Source: Eledone cirrhosa (Eukaryota). Taken from it: a DNA stretch of 64,000 bases. The notes under the pieces are model-generated. The model was not told the DNA's origin and made no database searches. It saw nothing but the letters and a program-made list of their open reading frames with translations. The stretch's first letter is position 1; every line of letters starts with the position of its first letter. The stretch is from contig CAXHJY010000928.1 in NCBI GenBank assembly GCA_964016885.1, positions 186,001-250,000 of the forward strand, read 5' to 3'. A program made the translations under genes and the position numbers. Positions 48,054 through 59,155 of this stretch are shown in pieces.

Positions 48054-48245
48054 CAGTGGATTGGCAGTATCGGTAGAGGATCGGACGCCATGCTTTGACG
48101 TAGAGTTACGGCCCTTGCCATTCTGAGTTCAAATCCCGCCGAGGTTGACTTTGCCTTTCATCCTTACGGGGTCTATAAAATAAAGTACCAGTAATGTACT
48201 GGGTAATTGCTGGCCTTGTGCCAAAAGTAGAAACAATTATTATTA
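48054..48245 (+). mobile_element. tRNA-derived SINE, copy 3
   Basis: TGGCAGTATCGGTAG A-box, GAGTTCAAATCCCGCC B-box, same body and (ATT)n tail. Confidence 0.88.
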
Positions 48246-49057
48246 CACTTACAATTATTTCCTATTACAATTAACATCTCTCATCTTACTAACCATCTCA
48301 CATTCTTTATACCACCATATATTCCTGTAGGATATTTCTCTGTATTACTGGTACATATATACTTGTGTCTATTGCTACACGCAGACGTGTGTCCCCGGGC
48401 CTATGGGCAGGTATATATATATGTACATGTCTACAGACATATACGCATGGCTGTATGTCTGTAGCTATGTATACTCTGTATATGAGTGTGTGTGTATGTG
48501 TGTATAAGTTAGCACATAGTTAGTGTAGCAACTAATTCATTTATTCATTTCACACACTAGCCACAGTCCTTTATCTCATTTCTAGCATCACAGACCCCTA
48601 TAATATATATTGTTTACATACTAACCACACCACAGAAATGTTAGATCCCCTATCCCCTACATTCTCATACTTATTCCTCATAGTATTCTTATCCTTAACT
48701 TATGTTTAATTTACTTTTATTTATTGTTATTTTTATTCCTCTCTAACAAACCTCTGACCAACCGAAACCCTTTAGTACAGCACCGTACACTTTCATCTCC
48801 CAATCACATATTGCCTATAACCACTGCTACAATCTCACCCAGCACCCTCAATTCACTACATAAATGCCATAATGTCTATGAAAGAGCCAAAACCCCCTAC
48901 ACCCCATTTCTTCATTATAATCCTCCCCCTCACCCAAACATTCCTTCTAGCAAAACTACCAATCAAAACAAACTTTAACTGACCACCATAAATAAATGTG
49001 AATCGTTATATATTATTTCTACACCCTTAGAAGTTCATTGTGTCATTACCACAACAA

Positions 49058-49142
49058 AGTCAGACGAGCTTTTGATTCCAGAGTTGGGCTAGATCAATAC
49101 AGATCGAACCTTGAGCTGATCAATAGAGAAATGCACATCACT
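49058..49142 (+). ncRNA. Degenerate hammerhead ribozyme-like motif with long stem II (probable Penelope-like remnant)
   Basis: AGT-CAGACGA(U4->A)-G-CTTTTGAT...GATC-AATACA-GATC...ATCAATAG-A-GAAA-TGCACA-TC-ACT, then AATAAA at 49147. Confidence 0.5.
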
Positions 49143-49207
49143 ACTCAATAAATGTAACAAATCATCCTTTTTATTATTATAAATATTATAAATATTATAT
49201 ATATATG

Positions 49208-51400
49208 TAAATATGTTTATTTTCTAGGGCGGGTAAAATTTCCGAGATCCATGGATGAGTTCTCTCCAGCGGTCTCTGTCCTTCATCATTGCCGCCATGT
49301 TCTGCGTTTCTCGAAGACCGGTGTCTGTCGTTAGGGCATCAATATATGCCAACCTCAATCTCCCTCTTCTAGTATGTCTGTGTAGGGACTCCCACAGAAC
49401 CACTGAGTGCAGTGTCAACTCTGGATGTCGGTGAGCATGTCCAGCTAACCTCAGTCTCCTCTGTGTCACTTTCGAGCTGACTTTTGGGAGGCTCCCATAC
49501 AGCTCTGAGTTCTTTATCCTCAATGTATACTGATTAATGTTCAGAGCCATCCTCAGCATTCTCATGTAGCACCCATCCACCATCTGAATGAGTTTCTTGG
49601 TCAGTGTCCAAGTCTCAGACCCGTACAGCAGCACAGACTCCACTGTAGCAACAAAGAGATGGATCTTCAGGTCTTTACTAAGATCCAGCTTTCACTCTGA
49701 CCTTAAACTGTGACATGCTGTCCAGGCTTTGCTCTTCCTCTCAACCACATCATCTTCTGTGTTCCCAATCTTTGCTCCCAGATACAGAAAGTCCTCAACC
49801 AACTCTAGCGACTTCCTGCTTACATTAGTAATCTTCTCTGGCTTCTTAATGTTCTCTACCAGATACTTCGTCTTAATCTCATTCATTTTCAGCCCCACAC
49901 TCATCAATACAGTCTCCACTTCCTGCATCAACTCCTCTGCCTCCTTCACTGTATTTGTCACCAAAACTATGTTGTAAGCAAATTCAGCATCTGATATCTT
50001 TTTAACCTAAACTCTCCTGCTCTGAGCCGGTGCTACAGTAAAGCCAGAGTCCTGGTGTTTCTCCAGTGTGAGATGCATACAATAGTCCACTACGATGATA
50101 AACAGGTAGGGAGCCAATGTATCTCCCTGGAGCACTCCAGCCAGTATCTCACAGAACTCCGTCATCCTGTCAGGTGTAATGACTTGGGCTTTGGTGTAGA
50201 GCAGTGATATCAGGTCCACTATCTTCTTGGGGATTCCATAAGCCTGTAATATCTTCATCAGGCAGTGACGGTCCACAGAATCAAAGGCCTTCCTAAAGTC
50301 AATGAAAACCATGACCGCAGGAAGGCACTTTGCTCTAGCTCCCTCTAATATCCTCCTCAGCATCAGGATGTGACTGGTGGTTGATCTACCCTCTCTGAAG
50401 CCATTCTGGTTGTCCCTGAGCTTCTTCTCCATCTCAGGCTGGATCCTGTTAAGAATCATCCTGTTGAGGGTCTTTGCCACAAGTGACGTCAGTGAGATCC
50501 CCCTGTAGTTGTTGGTGTTAGAGAGATCTCCCTTCTTTGGCACTGGGACGATGTTACTGATCCTCCACTGATTCGGGGCAACTCCTTTCTCCAGTGCATG
50601 GTTACAGACCCCCAGGATGATATCATCAAAATCACACCTCTTCATCACCTCCGATGATCCTCTCCATGAGCCTTGCCCTCCTTGATCTTCCTCTTGGCTC
50701 TCTTAAGCTCCTCTCTGGCAAAGGGTCCAGTCTCAATATTCAGTTCCTTGAACATCTGTCTGATCTCCCCAGTGTTCTGGGCTGTGGAAGGTGGGTCTCC
50801 TAGTAGGGTCTTAAAATGGTACTGCAACTTCCTCTTCCTATCCTCTGGCCCTGTTCCCTGGATCTGACTCGAACAGCTTCTCTTCCTTCCTGTTTGTTAT
50901 CTGCTCTCTTTATCTGTCATCCAGCTCTCTTTACACCTAAACCCGTCAATCGCTCTCTCTACACTTTTGATCTTCTCTATCAGTGCCTCCTCTCTGGCCT
51001 CAGTGGAAGTGGTACAGAGTTCTTCCCTCATTACCTCCATATTCTCCTTTCTCTCCTCCGTAGGATCAGCATGGAATTGGTCCTTGGCAGCTCTTAGGTG
51101 TTCTCTGGCTGCACCAGGGCCTCACTTTCTTCTGCCACTGCAGTGGTGAAGTACCCGTACCTCCTCGTCATACTCTCCTCAGTCTCTCCAATCTCTCTCT
51201 CCTCTGTCTCTCCACACAGAGCACTGAACCTGTTCTTCACTTCTACTGTGTACCTCTCCCATAGCCTATCATCTTCCTTGAAAGCTCCCCAGGTATAGAT
51301 TGCTCTCCGGGGCTGGGCCTTACTCTTTCTGAAGCTCACCCGGGCCTCACTCCTAACAAGCCGGTGATCACTGAAATAACTGAGGGTTCTGTGTATGACA
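49208..51400 (-). pseudogene. RTE-like LINE: end of APE endonuclease, RT and C-terminus, with frameshifts
   Basis: ORF pieces 51094-51411 (SDHRLV), 50007-50648 (VPKKGDLSNTNNYRGISL, FIDFRKAFDSV, GVLQGDTLAPYLF), 49692-49964 (FLYLG) and 49224-49643 (LLYGSETW, RRLRLAGH). Confidence 0.93.
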
Positions 51401-51419
51401 TTAAGCTGCATCCAGTTTA

Positions 51420-52286
51420 AGGTTTGAGAGCTGTGAGGAATGTGGAGTTACCCGATAGTTGTCATCATTTCAAGGTCTGTTCTGGCCCGGAGTTCCATTT
51501 ATGGGTTAAATAATTACTCAAGTGGTGCCGGTAAGGTATTATCAGCCATTGAAAAGAACCATGGAGAGTGTATTTAACAGCACTAGGGTTAGAGCTCCTA
51601 ACTACACTGTCAAGGAGCAGCCTGGTTGTTATGGCTCCATTGGTTTAAAGCTGCAGGGAGGGCCAGTGGATGGTGGATCAGCTGTCTCTGAGACACAGTA
51701 TAAAAATACAAAAAACTCAGTTTTGTCCTGCAGAAGAGTAATTAAAATGGGCACTCTGAATGTGAGGACTGATCAGACGCTGGAGAAGAGAGAGGAGTTT
51801 GGTCATCTGTTCAAGGAGAGTGGTATGCAGATCCTTGCGATCCAAGAACACAGGATCCTACATGATGAGCCCGTGAAGAGAGTGATGATTGGGAAGAGGA
51901 GCCAGATCATCACCACATCAGCTGTGAGGAACACAACTGGTGCTGCAGTAGGAGGTGAAGGTTTTGTGTTGAGTACAAGAGCCAACCTATTAGTGAGGGT
52001 GATCATACATGTCTCCCCACGAGTTTTGAGGGTGGCCTTCAGTGGAAACCTAACACTAACAGTCATCTCAACCTATAGTCCAACCAAGGGAGACAGTGAT
52101 GTGACTGCAGAGGAATTTCATGAGGAAGTGTGTAGAGCTCTCAACACCACACCAGCTCTTAACATTCTGCTTGTTCTGGGTGACTTCAATGCACATATGA
52201 TATGCACCTGACCAAGTACCAGATTGATTTCATTCTGGTTAGGAGGAAGTGGCAGAATAATGTTCTGAACACAACCTCACAGTTAT
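51420..52286 (+). pseudogene. Inverted 5' part (5' leader and APE endonuclease) of the same LINE
   Basis: ORF 51522-52211 has GTLNVRT, ILAIQEHR, TYSPT and LGDFNAH. After a deletion it reads TKYQIDFILVRRKWQNNVLNT to ~52273. Confidence 0.9.
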
Positions 52287-53136
52287 ATATATATGCTACC
52301 CCACCACCATCAACATTACTACTACTGCTGCTGGAGCTACTACCCATGTAAATAACTACCTGTCTCAACCCTTCTCACCCTCCACCCACTCATTCACAAA
52401 CATATACCACTACACCAGATTCAACCTGACAAATAGATTCAACTCCATTTTGTGTCCTCACACCTGGCAGGTGTTTCTTGTGAAATTTGAGATGTTTCTT
52501 TTCTTTTTCTGCTACGTCTTCCATATTGTTGGCTATTTATATCAGTGTATTAGGTTATGGAAAAGATACACTCTATCTCTGTGTTATAGGTGGTAACTAA
52601 AGGGGTTGGTGTCAGGAAGGGCATCTAGCTGTAAAACTTACCCACGATTGAGTAAGAAGTAAATCGGGTGGATAACTCTTTCTTGAACATAGAAAAGTCC
52701 TTAAAATGCTTATGCATACATACACGCACATGCACATATGAAAGTTTTATTATTAAAAATCAATGGACTTACAAATGTTTCACTGGACTAACAGGAATGA
52801 AGAGTACATTTCGGTAAGAATAACATTAGAGTCAATTAAATACAAAATGTTCATTAGTCCATTCAATGTTTTGATAATAATCCTTGTCTAAACTTTCATC
52901 TTTTATATATGTTCTCTGTGAAATTATAACACAACTGTGATTGGAAATTTACCTGTTGGATTAAACTTTGGACTGTTTATTACCTATCTTCACCATATAT
53001 ACTGTTGCATTATCAACTCATTTGAACTGGTTGATATATTCACATATACTTCTTATATATACTATATATATACATATATACACAAATACTATATATATAC
53101 ATATATACACACATACTATATATATATATATATATA

Positions 53137-53742
53137 TGGTGGCTGCCAACTCGTTTTCGAGTACGGCCACTACTTTATATCCATGTAGGAGAACCCCTAC
53201 CGATGCGCTGAACGAGTGTGACTTTTTAGTCCAGCCAGCGAGTTGAAAACTCTGGTACAAACACTACACCTGTGACAATTATTGACACACAGTGCTGGGC
53301 CCATGGTACCATGTGATGACAAGTGCAGAGAGATCTCCAGATATAAAGCAATGCCTGTGCCGTGAAGCTTTTATAGTGAGCAAAGGCACTGCACAAAGCC
53401 AGTCCCACTCTCTTAACCAAGATGATATTTACCAAAAAGAAGAACAAGTCAACATCATTGGAAACCATCAGTGCTGCAGGTGTTATATCAGAGTTTTCCT
53501 TCTAGAATTCTGCCTTGACAAAGGCTAAGGGGTCATCTCTCCCGGTGATTTTGGATGGCCATTGACTCTTAAGAGCTCCTTTGCCCTTTGACAGGTTTTG
53601 TTTTTAGTCCTGCAGGATGTCCAAAGTCACCCTCCTCACCAAGAAACCTTGGTGGGGTTGCCAGTTTAGTCGCCAACGACCTGACCATGAGACAGGTTGT
53701 ACTGGGATACATGTTACCAGTAGCACCAACTGGTGACCTGAC
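53137..53742 (-). mobile_element. ~605-bp non-autonomous RTE derivative (structured 5' leader plus 3' end with C2H2 finger), between (TA)n tracts
   Basis: Minus 53268-53197 encodes CSVCTRVFNSLAGLKSHTRSAHR* (C-x2-C-x12-H-x4-H). The 5' half carries AAGGCA...TAGAAGGAAAACTCTGA, which I recall from RTE 5' leaders. No RT or endonuclease sequence. Confidence 0.65.
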
Positions 53743-53755
53743 ATATATATATATA

Positions 53756-54090
53756 TGGTGGTGGCTGCCAACTCGTTTTCGAGTACGGCCACTACTTTAT
53801 ATCCATGTAGGAGAACCCCTACCGATGCGCTGAACGAGTGTGACTTTTTAGTCCAGCCAGTGACTTGAAAACTCTGGTACAAACACTACACTTGTGACAA
53901 TTATTGACACATAGTTCTGGGCCCATGGTACCATGTGACGACAAGTGCAAAGAGATCTCCAGATATAAAGAAATGCCTGTGCCGTGAAGCTTTTATAGTG
54001 AGCAAAGGCACTGCACAAAGCCAGTCCTACTCTCTTAACCAAGATGATATTTACCAAAAAGAACAAGTCAACATCATTGGATACCATCAG
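53756..54090 (-). mobile_element. Second, 5'-truncated copy of the same element
   Basis: Near-identical to 53137-53471 and encodes CSVCTRVFKSLAGLKSHTRSAHR*. Confidence 0.8.
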
Positions 54091-54120
54091 GGTATGTGTG
54101 TATACATATATACACACATA

Positions 54121-55900
54121 CTTCTTACTAGTTAGGCAGCGGGACAGGCAGATGGTGTCAAATACCAAGGCATACTCTGGGGAAGAATGTACCCCACAGC
54201 ATAGGTTAGTCGTTAGTGATATCTGAGTAAGCAAGAGATGGAATGAGACATACAGGAAGGTGTGGAGAAGAAAGGTCTGGAAGCTAAAAGACCTTTCACT
54301 AAAATACAAATTTAGGAAAGCCCTTCAAGATGTGTATGATGAAAAAGAGGACGATTTAGAGACGTAGGACAGATAATAACTGGAATTTCTTACATGACAA
54401 CTTGCTGCAGGCTAGTGATGAAACTTGTGGCTGGAGCAGAGCTTGAACCAGACAGAGAGTGACCTGGTGGTGGAACAGCATGGTAGATAGAGCCATTAGA
54501 GACAAAAGACTAGCATGGAAGGCTTGGAAAAAGGGTGGGAGGTAGAGAAGGATATACAGCCGCTAAGAGAGAAGCTAGATGTCAGGTGTACTTAGCACAC
54601 AGAGAGGCTGAGAGTAGGAGGTTTGCCAATGTTCTGCGACGGGAAGATCAGAGCGTTCTGTGTTCCACATTGCAAGGCAGTGTGTCAATGAAAATCAGGA
54701 TGTTGTTGGAGATAAATGTGTCCGGAATGATGCCGGTGTACTTAGTGTCACGAATGATCAGAAAAAGGAGGCCTGGAAATGTCATTATGAGAGACTGATG
54801 AATGTGGACCATGAATGGGAGAGAGAGAAATTACCCTCAGTAGATCAAACAGAGGGACCAGCTATGGAGATTGATGAATATAGGGTCTAAGAGGCGATTA
54901 AGGAAATGAAAAATGGTAAGGCTGCTGGACCATCAGGGATAGTTGCTGAGATGTTGAAGGCATCAGAAGTAGGCACTAAACTGGTTGCACACATCATCAA
55001 TCAGGCTATATATGGTGGTGTCATACCCAAAGACTGGTGCAGCAGTATTCTCATAAATTGCTACAAAGGTAAAGGGGATGCTCTGGAGAGGAGCAATTAT
55101 AGGGGTATAAAACTGATGGATCAGGTTATGAAAGTGGCAGAAAGGATATTAGCACAACTAATTAGAGAAAGGGTCAAATTAGATGAGATGCAGTTTGGTT
55201 TTGTGTCTGTGAAAAGTACAACAGATGCCCTCTTCTTGGTGAGACAATTACAAGAGAGGTTCTTAGAGAAAAATAAGCCACTATACTTAGCCTTTGTTGA
55301 CCTAGAGAAGGCCTTTGATAGGGTACCCCGATCTGTCATCTGGTGGTCCCTAAGGAAACTAGGTGTTGAGGAATGGCTTGTGAGTACAGTGAAAACTTTG
55401 TACAGAGGTACTGTCAGTAAAGTCAGAGTAGGAATGGAGTTTAGTGAGGAATTCCAGATACAAGTAAGAGTACATCAAGGTTTGGTCCTCAGCCCGCTCT
55501 TGTTCATTATAGTCCTCCAAGCCATAACAGAGGAGTTTAAGACTGGCTGTCCATGGGAACTTCTCTATGCTGACGATCTGGTTCTTATAGCAGAATCAGT
55601 AGTGGAGCTAGAGAATAAATTCTGGCTATGGAAACAGCAGTTGGAAGCAAGAGGACTAAGAGTGAACCTCGCTAAGACAAACGTGTTGATGAGTAGAAAA
55701 GAGGACAAAACTCTGATTCCGTCAGGGAAATGGCCATGTTCGATATGCAGAAAAGGAACTGGCATAAATTCAATAAGATGCACGATCATGGTGGAGATGA
55801 CGAAGGACCATGACAAGTGGAGAGATGCTGTGCTGAATAAGACCCGTCCCACCCTTGCAAGCAGGGAAAAGCAGATGTAACATGATGATGATGATGATGA
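54121..55900 (+). pseudogene. 5'-truncated RTE LINE with stops, frameshifts, an internal deletion near 55785 and an (ATG)n tail
   Basis: APE end (PQHRLVVSD). RT ORF 54906-55880 has KGKGDALERSNYRGIKL, FVDLEKAFDRV, HQGLVLSPLLF and YADD. Tail ATGATGATGATGATGA at 55882-55900. Confidence 0.95.
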
Positions 55901-56174
55901 CATACACAATATATATATAAATATTTGTGTGTGTGTTATTTAAAAATGAAGAGAGAGTTCCATTTATTATATATGTGAATGTTATATATGATAAACCAAA
56001 GTCTGGAAATAGAACCTTAACTTTGTTTTTAATAACATAACAATACTATGTTGGATACCATACAAGTAATATCAATTCTTACTTATATGGACACAGCAGA
56101 TGTGGAATGCTTATGCATGATTACACCATAATGTGTTGATTGTGAAGATTATCTAACACATATATTTAAACAAA

Positions 56175-57082
56175 TCATCATCCTCATCATCATTACCGTT
56201 TTACGTTGATTCTTCCATGTTAGCATGGGGTAAATGGGTTGTCCTGTCATGGGCAGTGTCCAGTTGGCTGACCTTGTCTTGCTCATACAGAACTGATTAA
56301 GGCTCGATTTCTACAGTTTGATGCCCTTCCTAACACCAACCTCATTTACAGTGAGTGCTGGGTGCTTTTTTGCCGTGGCACCTCCACGACCACTTTGCAG
56401 TGGGAGGGAGTGGGGGCATATTGTCTATATGCTTCAGCTTCAGTTTGTTCCTGTCGGAAGTCGGGTCTTCTGTATTACTGCGTGACACCAGAGGTCTCGG
56501 TCCTGTCATCGTCTTTGAGTGGTGCAATTGGGTAGGTCCGCTTTTATCACCTCATCCCAGGTCTTCTTGGGTCTCCCCACTCCGCGGTTTCCATTGACTT
56601 CTAGTGCTCTGCACCTTTTATACAACTGTCATCTTTCATACACATCACATGTCCATACCAACACAACCTCCTCTCCTGCACACAGCATTTGATTCCTCTT
56701 ATACTCAGTCTCTCTCTCATGCTTTGCCGTTCACGTATATTACTATTACACATCCATCGGAGCATGCAAGCTTCGGTTCTTTCTAAACTCCGCAAGTCTT
56801 CCACAGACAGCGCCCAGGTCTTACTACCATGTAACATTGGTGTTCATATACACGCATCATACAGTCTGGTTCTACCATAGATTCAGCTAAGAATCTAAGA
56901 TCATCCGCATACAGAAGTTTCCATGGGCATCCAGTCTGAAAATCCTGTTATTTCCTGCAATATTATAATAAAGAGGAGAGGGCTAAGAACAGAGCCCTGG
57001 TGGACACCGACCTGTATGCTAAATTCCTCGCTATAGTCATTGTTAACCCTAACTTTGCTGATTGCTCCCCTATACATGGCTA
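56175..57082 (-). pseudogene. 5'-truncated RTE LINE with internal deletion (~56875), 3' UTR and (ATG)n tail
   Basis: Minus strand reads AMYRGAISKVRV..GVHQGSVLSPLLFII..GCPWKLLYADDL, then jumps to RLYDAC..MLHGSKTW..RRLCWYGHV. CATCATCCTCATCATCAT at ~56176-56193. Confidence 0.92.
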
Positions 57083-57168
57083 CAGAAAATAGTCTAATAT
57101 GCAGACGTATGAACCTAAATATTTAAATAGAGTGTAGATGTATGTGTATATATATATGTATACACATA

Positions 57169-57536
57169 CAGTGTAGCCCCCTCATTCGTGGTCCCCATTA
57201 TTCACAGAATTTTCCTCAGAACCTAACTAATAATTGTTCGTGGAAACCACCACATATTTGCGGAATTGTAAATATCTTCCGTGATTTGTTTTATGGCTTT
57301 TTTCATGGCAATATATATTTTTTAACACTAAATTATTAACAATTTACCATATTTACTGGCCTATTGGATGCCCCTTCGTATAAGACGTTCCTTCTTTATT
57401 TTATTATATTTTACATTATATTTTGACGCTTATAGGCATTTTTATGGACCACGTCCAATATTCGTGGGTTTTCACTCTTCGTGGGTGTTCTAGGAACGCA
57501 ATCCCTGTAAATACAGGGGGGGGGGGGTGACAACTA
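57169..57536. mobile_element. Tigger/pogo-type MITE, degenerate
   Basis: TA|CAGTGTAGCCCCCTCATTCGTGG at the left and a decayed inverted copy CCTGTAAATACAGGGG..GACAACTA|TA at the right. Internal TATTCGTGG motifs. Confidence 0.55.
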
Positions 57537-57547
57537 TATATATAAAT

Positions 57548-57780
57548 CATTTTTATGCCTGTGTTTGCACATTTGCATGGGTTAGGTGTGTCCTTTTCAG
57601 CACAATATCTCTCTACTCATTGTTTTCCTTCATCATCTCCTCTGTGTGTTTCAGCTTTCACCACTTCCACCCAAGTCTTCCTTAGCCTTCCTCTAATGTG
57701 CCTTCTTTCTACTAGGATTCCTTGGGCCTTTTTTACCCAGCAATCATCATCCGTGTGCATCACATGTCCATACCAATCTA
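57548..57780 (-). mobile_element. RTE 3' remnant
   Basis: Minus strand reads WYGHVMHTDDDCWVKKAQGILVERRHIRGRLRKTWVEVVKA. Confidence 0.85.
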
Positions 57781-57914
57781 TAACTGTGTTAAAACTTATA
57801 ACTTAACAGTTCAACAAAAAGAGATTGATAAAATGAATATGAAACTGGAAAAATAAAAAATGGTGTTTATATGATCAACTAAGCCCCTTCAACGCAGCAC
57901 TCCATCATGGCCAC

Positions 57915-58270
57915 ATACACACATATACACATACATACACACATACATACATATACATACACATACACACACACACACATATATACACTTAACACATATA
58001 CACATGCACACACACAATATGTTACATGGCATAGTTATGGTTTCACACACATCTATCTCTGGCAGCAGATGTGTTTATGCAGCAGGCATAGCTCACCTGT
58101 GCAAGTAAAAGTGAACAAACAAGGCCACCACCACCATCACCACCAATGCCAATCATCACCACATCACCACCACCCCCAACACCATCACCACAACCACCAT
58201 CATAAACACCACTACCACAATGAGCCTAACAATCACTCCACCGCTATAGTAAACACCACCACCTCCACCT
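57915..58270. repeat. (CA/TA)n and (CAC/CAT)n low-complexity tracts
   Basis: Degenerate ACACAT repeats at ~57915-58015 and CAC/CAT triplets at ~58125-58270. Confidence 0.85.
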
Positions 58271-58550
58271 TTATTTGGGTCAGTAGTTCACTCCATAAAC
58301 TGAAATGAAAACAACTCATTTGAGAGAGCAGTCATACTGAATTAAAACTGATTTTGTGTACAAGGATACTTAATTCACTGACAATAACCCCCTTGAGTGC
58401 TGGGGTCATGAAAAATACTCCCAGTACACCCTGTAATATAGTTGGTGTTCGGAAGGATATTTAGTCATAGAAAATCAAGCCCAAACAGATCTGTATGAGC
58501 AAAATGTAGCTTCATAAGACAACTCAATGAATTTACGCATATATATATAT

Positions 58551-58812
58551 ACAATACAACGGGAGGAAACATAATAGCACCACTGACGAGTTTGCAGATG
58601 TGCAACGAAAGAACTTTGTTAGACTATATATATGTGTTAGTGTCTATATTATATCTGTATTTTTTACCGTTGGTCAGTCAATGGTAACATTGAGGACCAA
58701 ATAAATTAAATTAACAGATATAAAAGACACAGAAGTGAAAACCAACCAAACAGTGAGTGTGTTCTGTTATTAATTCTGGCAATATTATTACACAAATATG
58801 ACCCTCCCCTAG

Positions 58813-58813
<1 letters not shown>
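58551..58813 (+). mobile_element. Short Penelope-like element between (TA)n tracts
   Basis: Hammerhead motif near the 5' end, AATAAA at ~58699, and 3' motif GAAGTGAAAACCAAC...ATGACCCTCCC.. shared with the 46.3-kb palindrome arm. Confidence 0.65.
58579..58620 (+). ncRNA. Minimal type-I hammerhead ribozyme motif
   Basis: ACCA-CTGACGA-GTTTGCA-GATG-TGCAAC-GAAA-GAAC-T-T-TGTT. Core boxes are intact and stem I has one mismatch. Confidence 0.7.
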
Positions 58814-58846
<33 letters not shown>

Positions 58847-58857
58847 TATATAGAGAG

Positions 58858-59155
58858 AGAGAGAAGTTGGGTTTGAGGAATCCGAGGTGGTGTGCAGGAG
58901 AAAAGACTGCATTGGTATGAACATGTGATGCACATGAATGATGATCAATGAGTGAAGAAATGCCAGGAAATGTCAGTGGATGGAAGCTGCAGTAGAGGTA
59001 GACCAAGGGAGACCTGGGTGGAAGTGGTGAGAGCTGACCTCAAATTGCTGAGCCTCGCAGATGACAAAAGAACACAGCAAGAGGAAAGATGCTGTGTTGA
59101 AAAAGACATGTCTAACTCATGGTACAACGGATGCAAAAATGAGGATGATGATGAT
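58858..59155 (+). mobile_element. RTE 3' remnant with (ATG)n tail
   Basis: QEKRLHWYEHVMHMNDD..SRGRPRETWVEVVRADL, ending GAGGATGATGATGAT. Confidence 0.85.

Noticed and set aside
43972-48245. tRNA genes at the A/B-box motifs
   Set aside because: No cloverleaf is evident. The motifs are heads of three SINE copies with a shared body and tail.
52746-52880. Imperfect inverted repeats with a half hammerhead (GAAA-CATTTG-TA on minus)
   Set aside because: No properly placed CUGANGA box and the pairings are ambiguous. It could be a decayed PLE end or MITE but is unsupported.
53197-53280. Host C2H2 zinc-finger exon
   Set aside because: It is a single finger at the end of a duplicated, TA-flanked element, which fits an RTE C-terminal finger better.
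53590-53742. HDV-like or twister ribozyme at the 5' end of the RTE derivative (minus strand)
   Set aside because: A P1-like pair (GGTCACC/GGTGACT with G-U) and ACTAA motifs exist, but I could not build P3/L3 with the CC needed for P1.1, nor a twister core. Kept only as a structured leader.
54906-55880. Functional or domesticated reverse transcriptase gene (324 aa)
   Set aside because: Upstream stops and frameshifts, 5' truncation, an internal deletion near 55785 and a retrotransposon tail mark it as a dead LINE copy.
57907-58308. His-rich 133-aa ORF, and the His/Thr- or Val/Cys-rich ORFs at 45023-45406 and 62882-63915
   Set aside because: These are translations of (CA)n, (CAC)n and (TG)n microsatellites with no domain signal.
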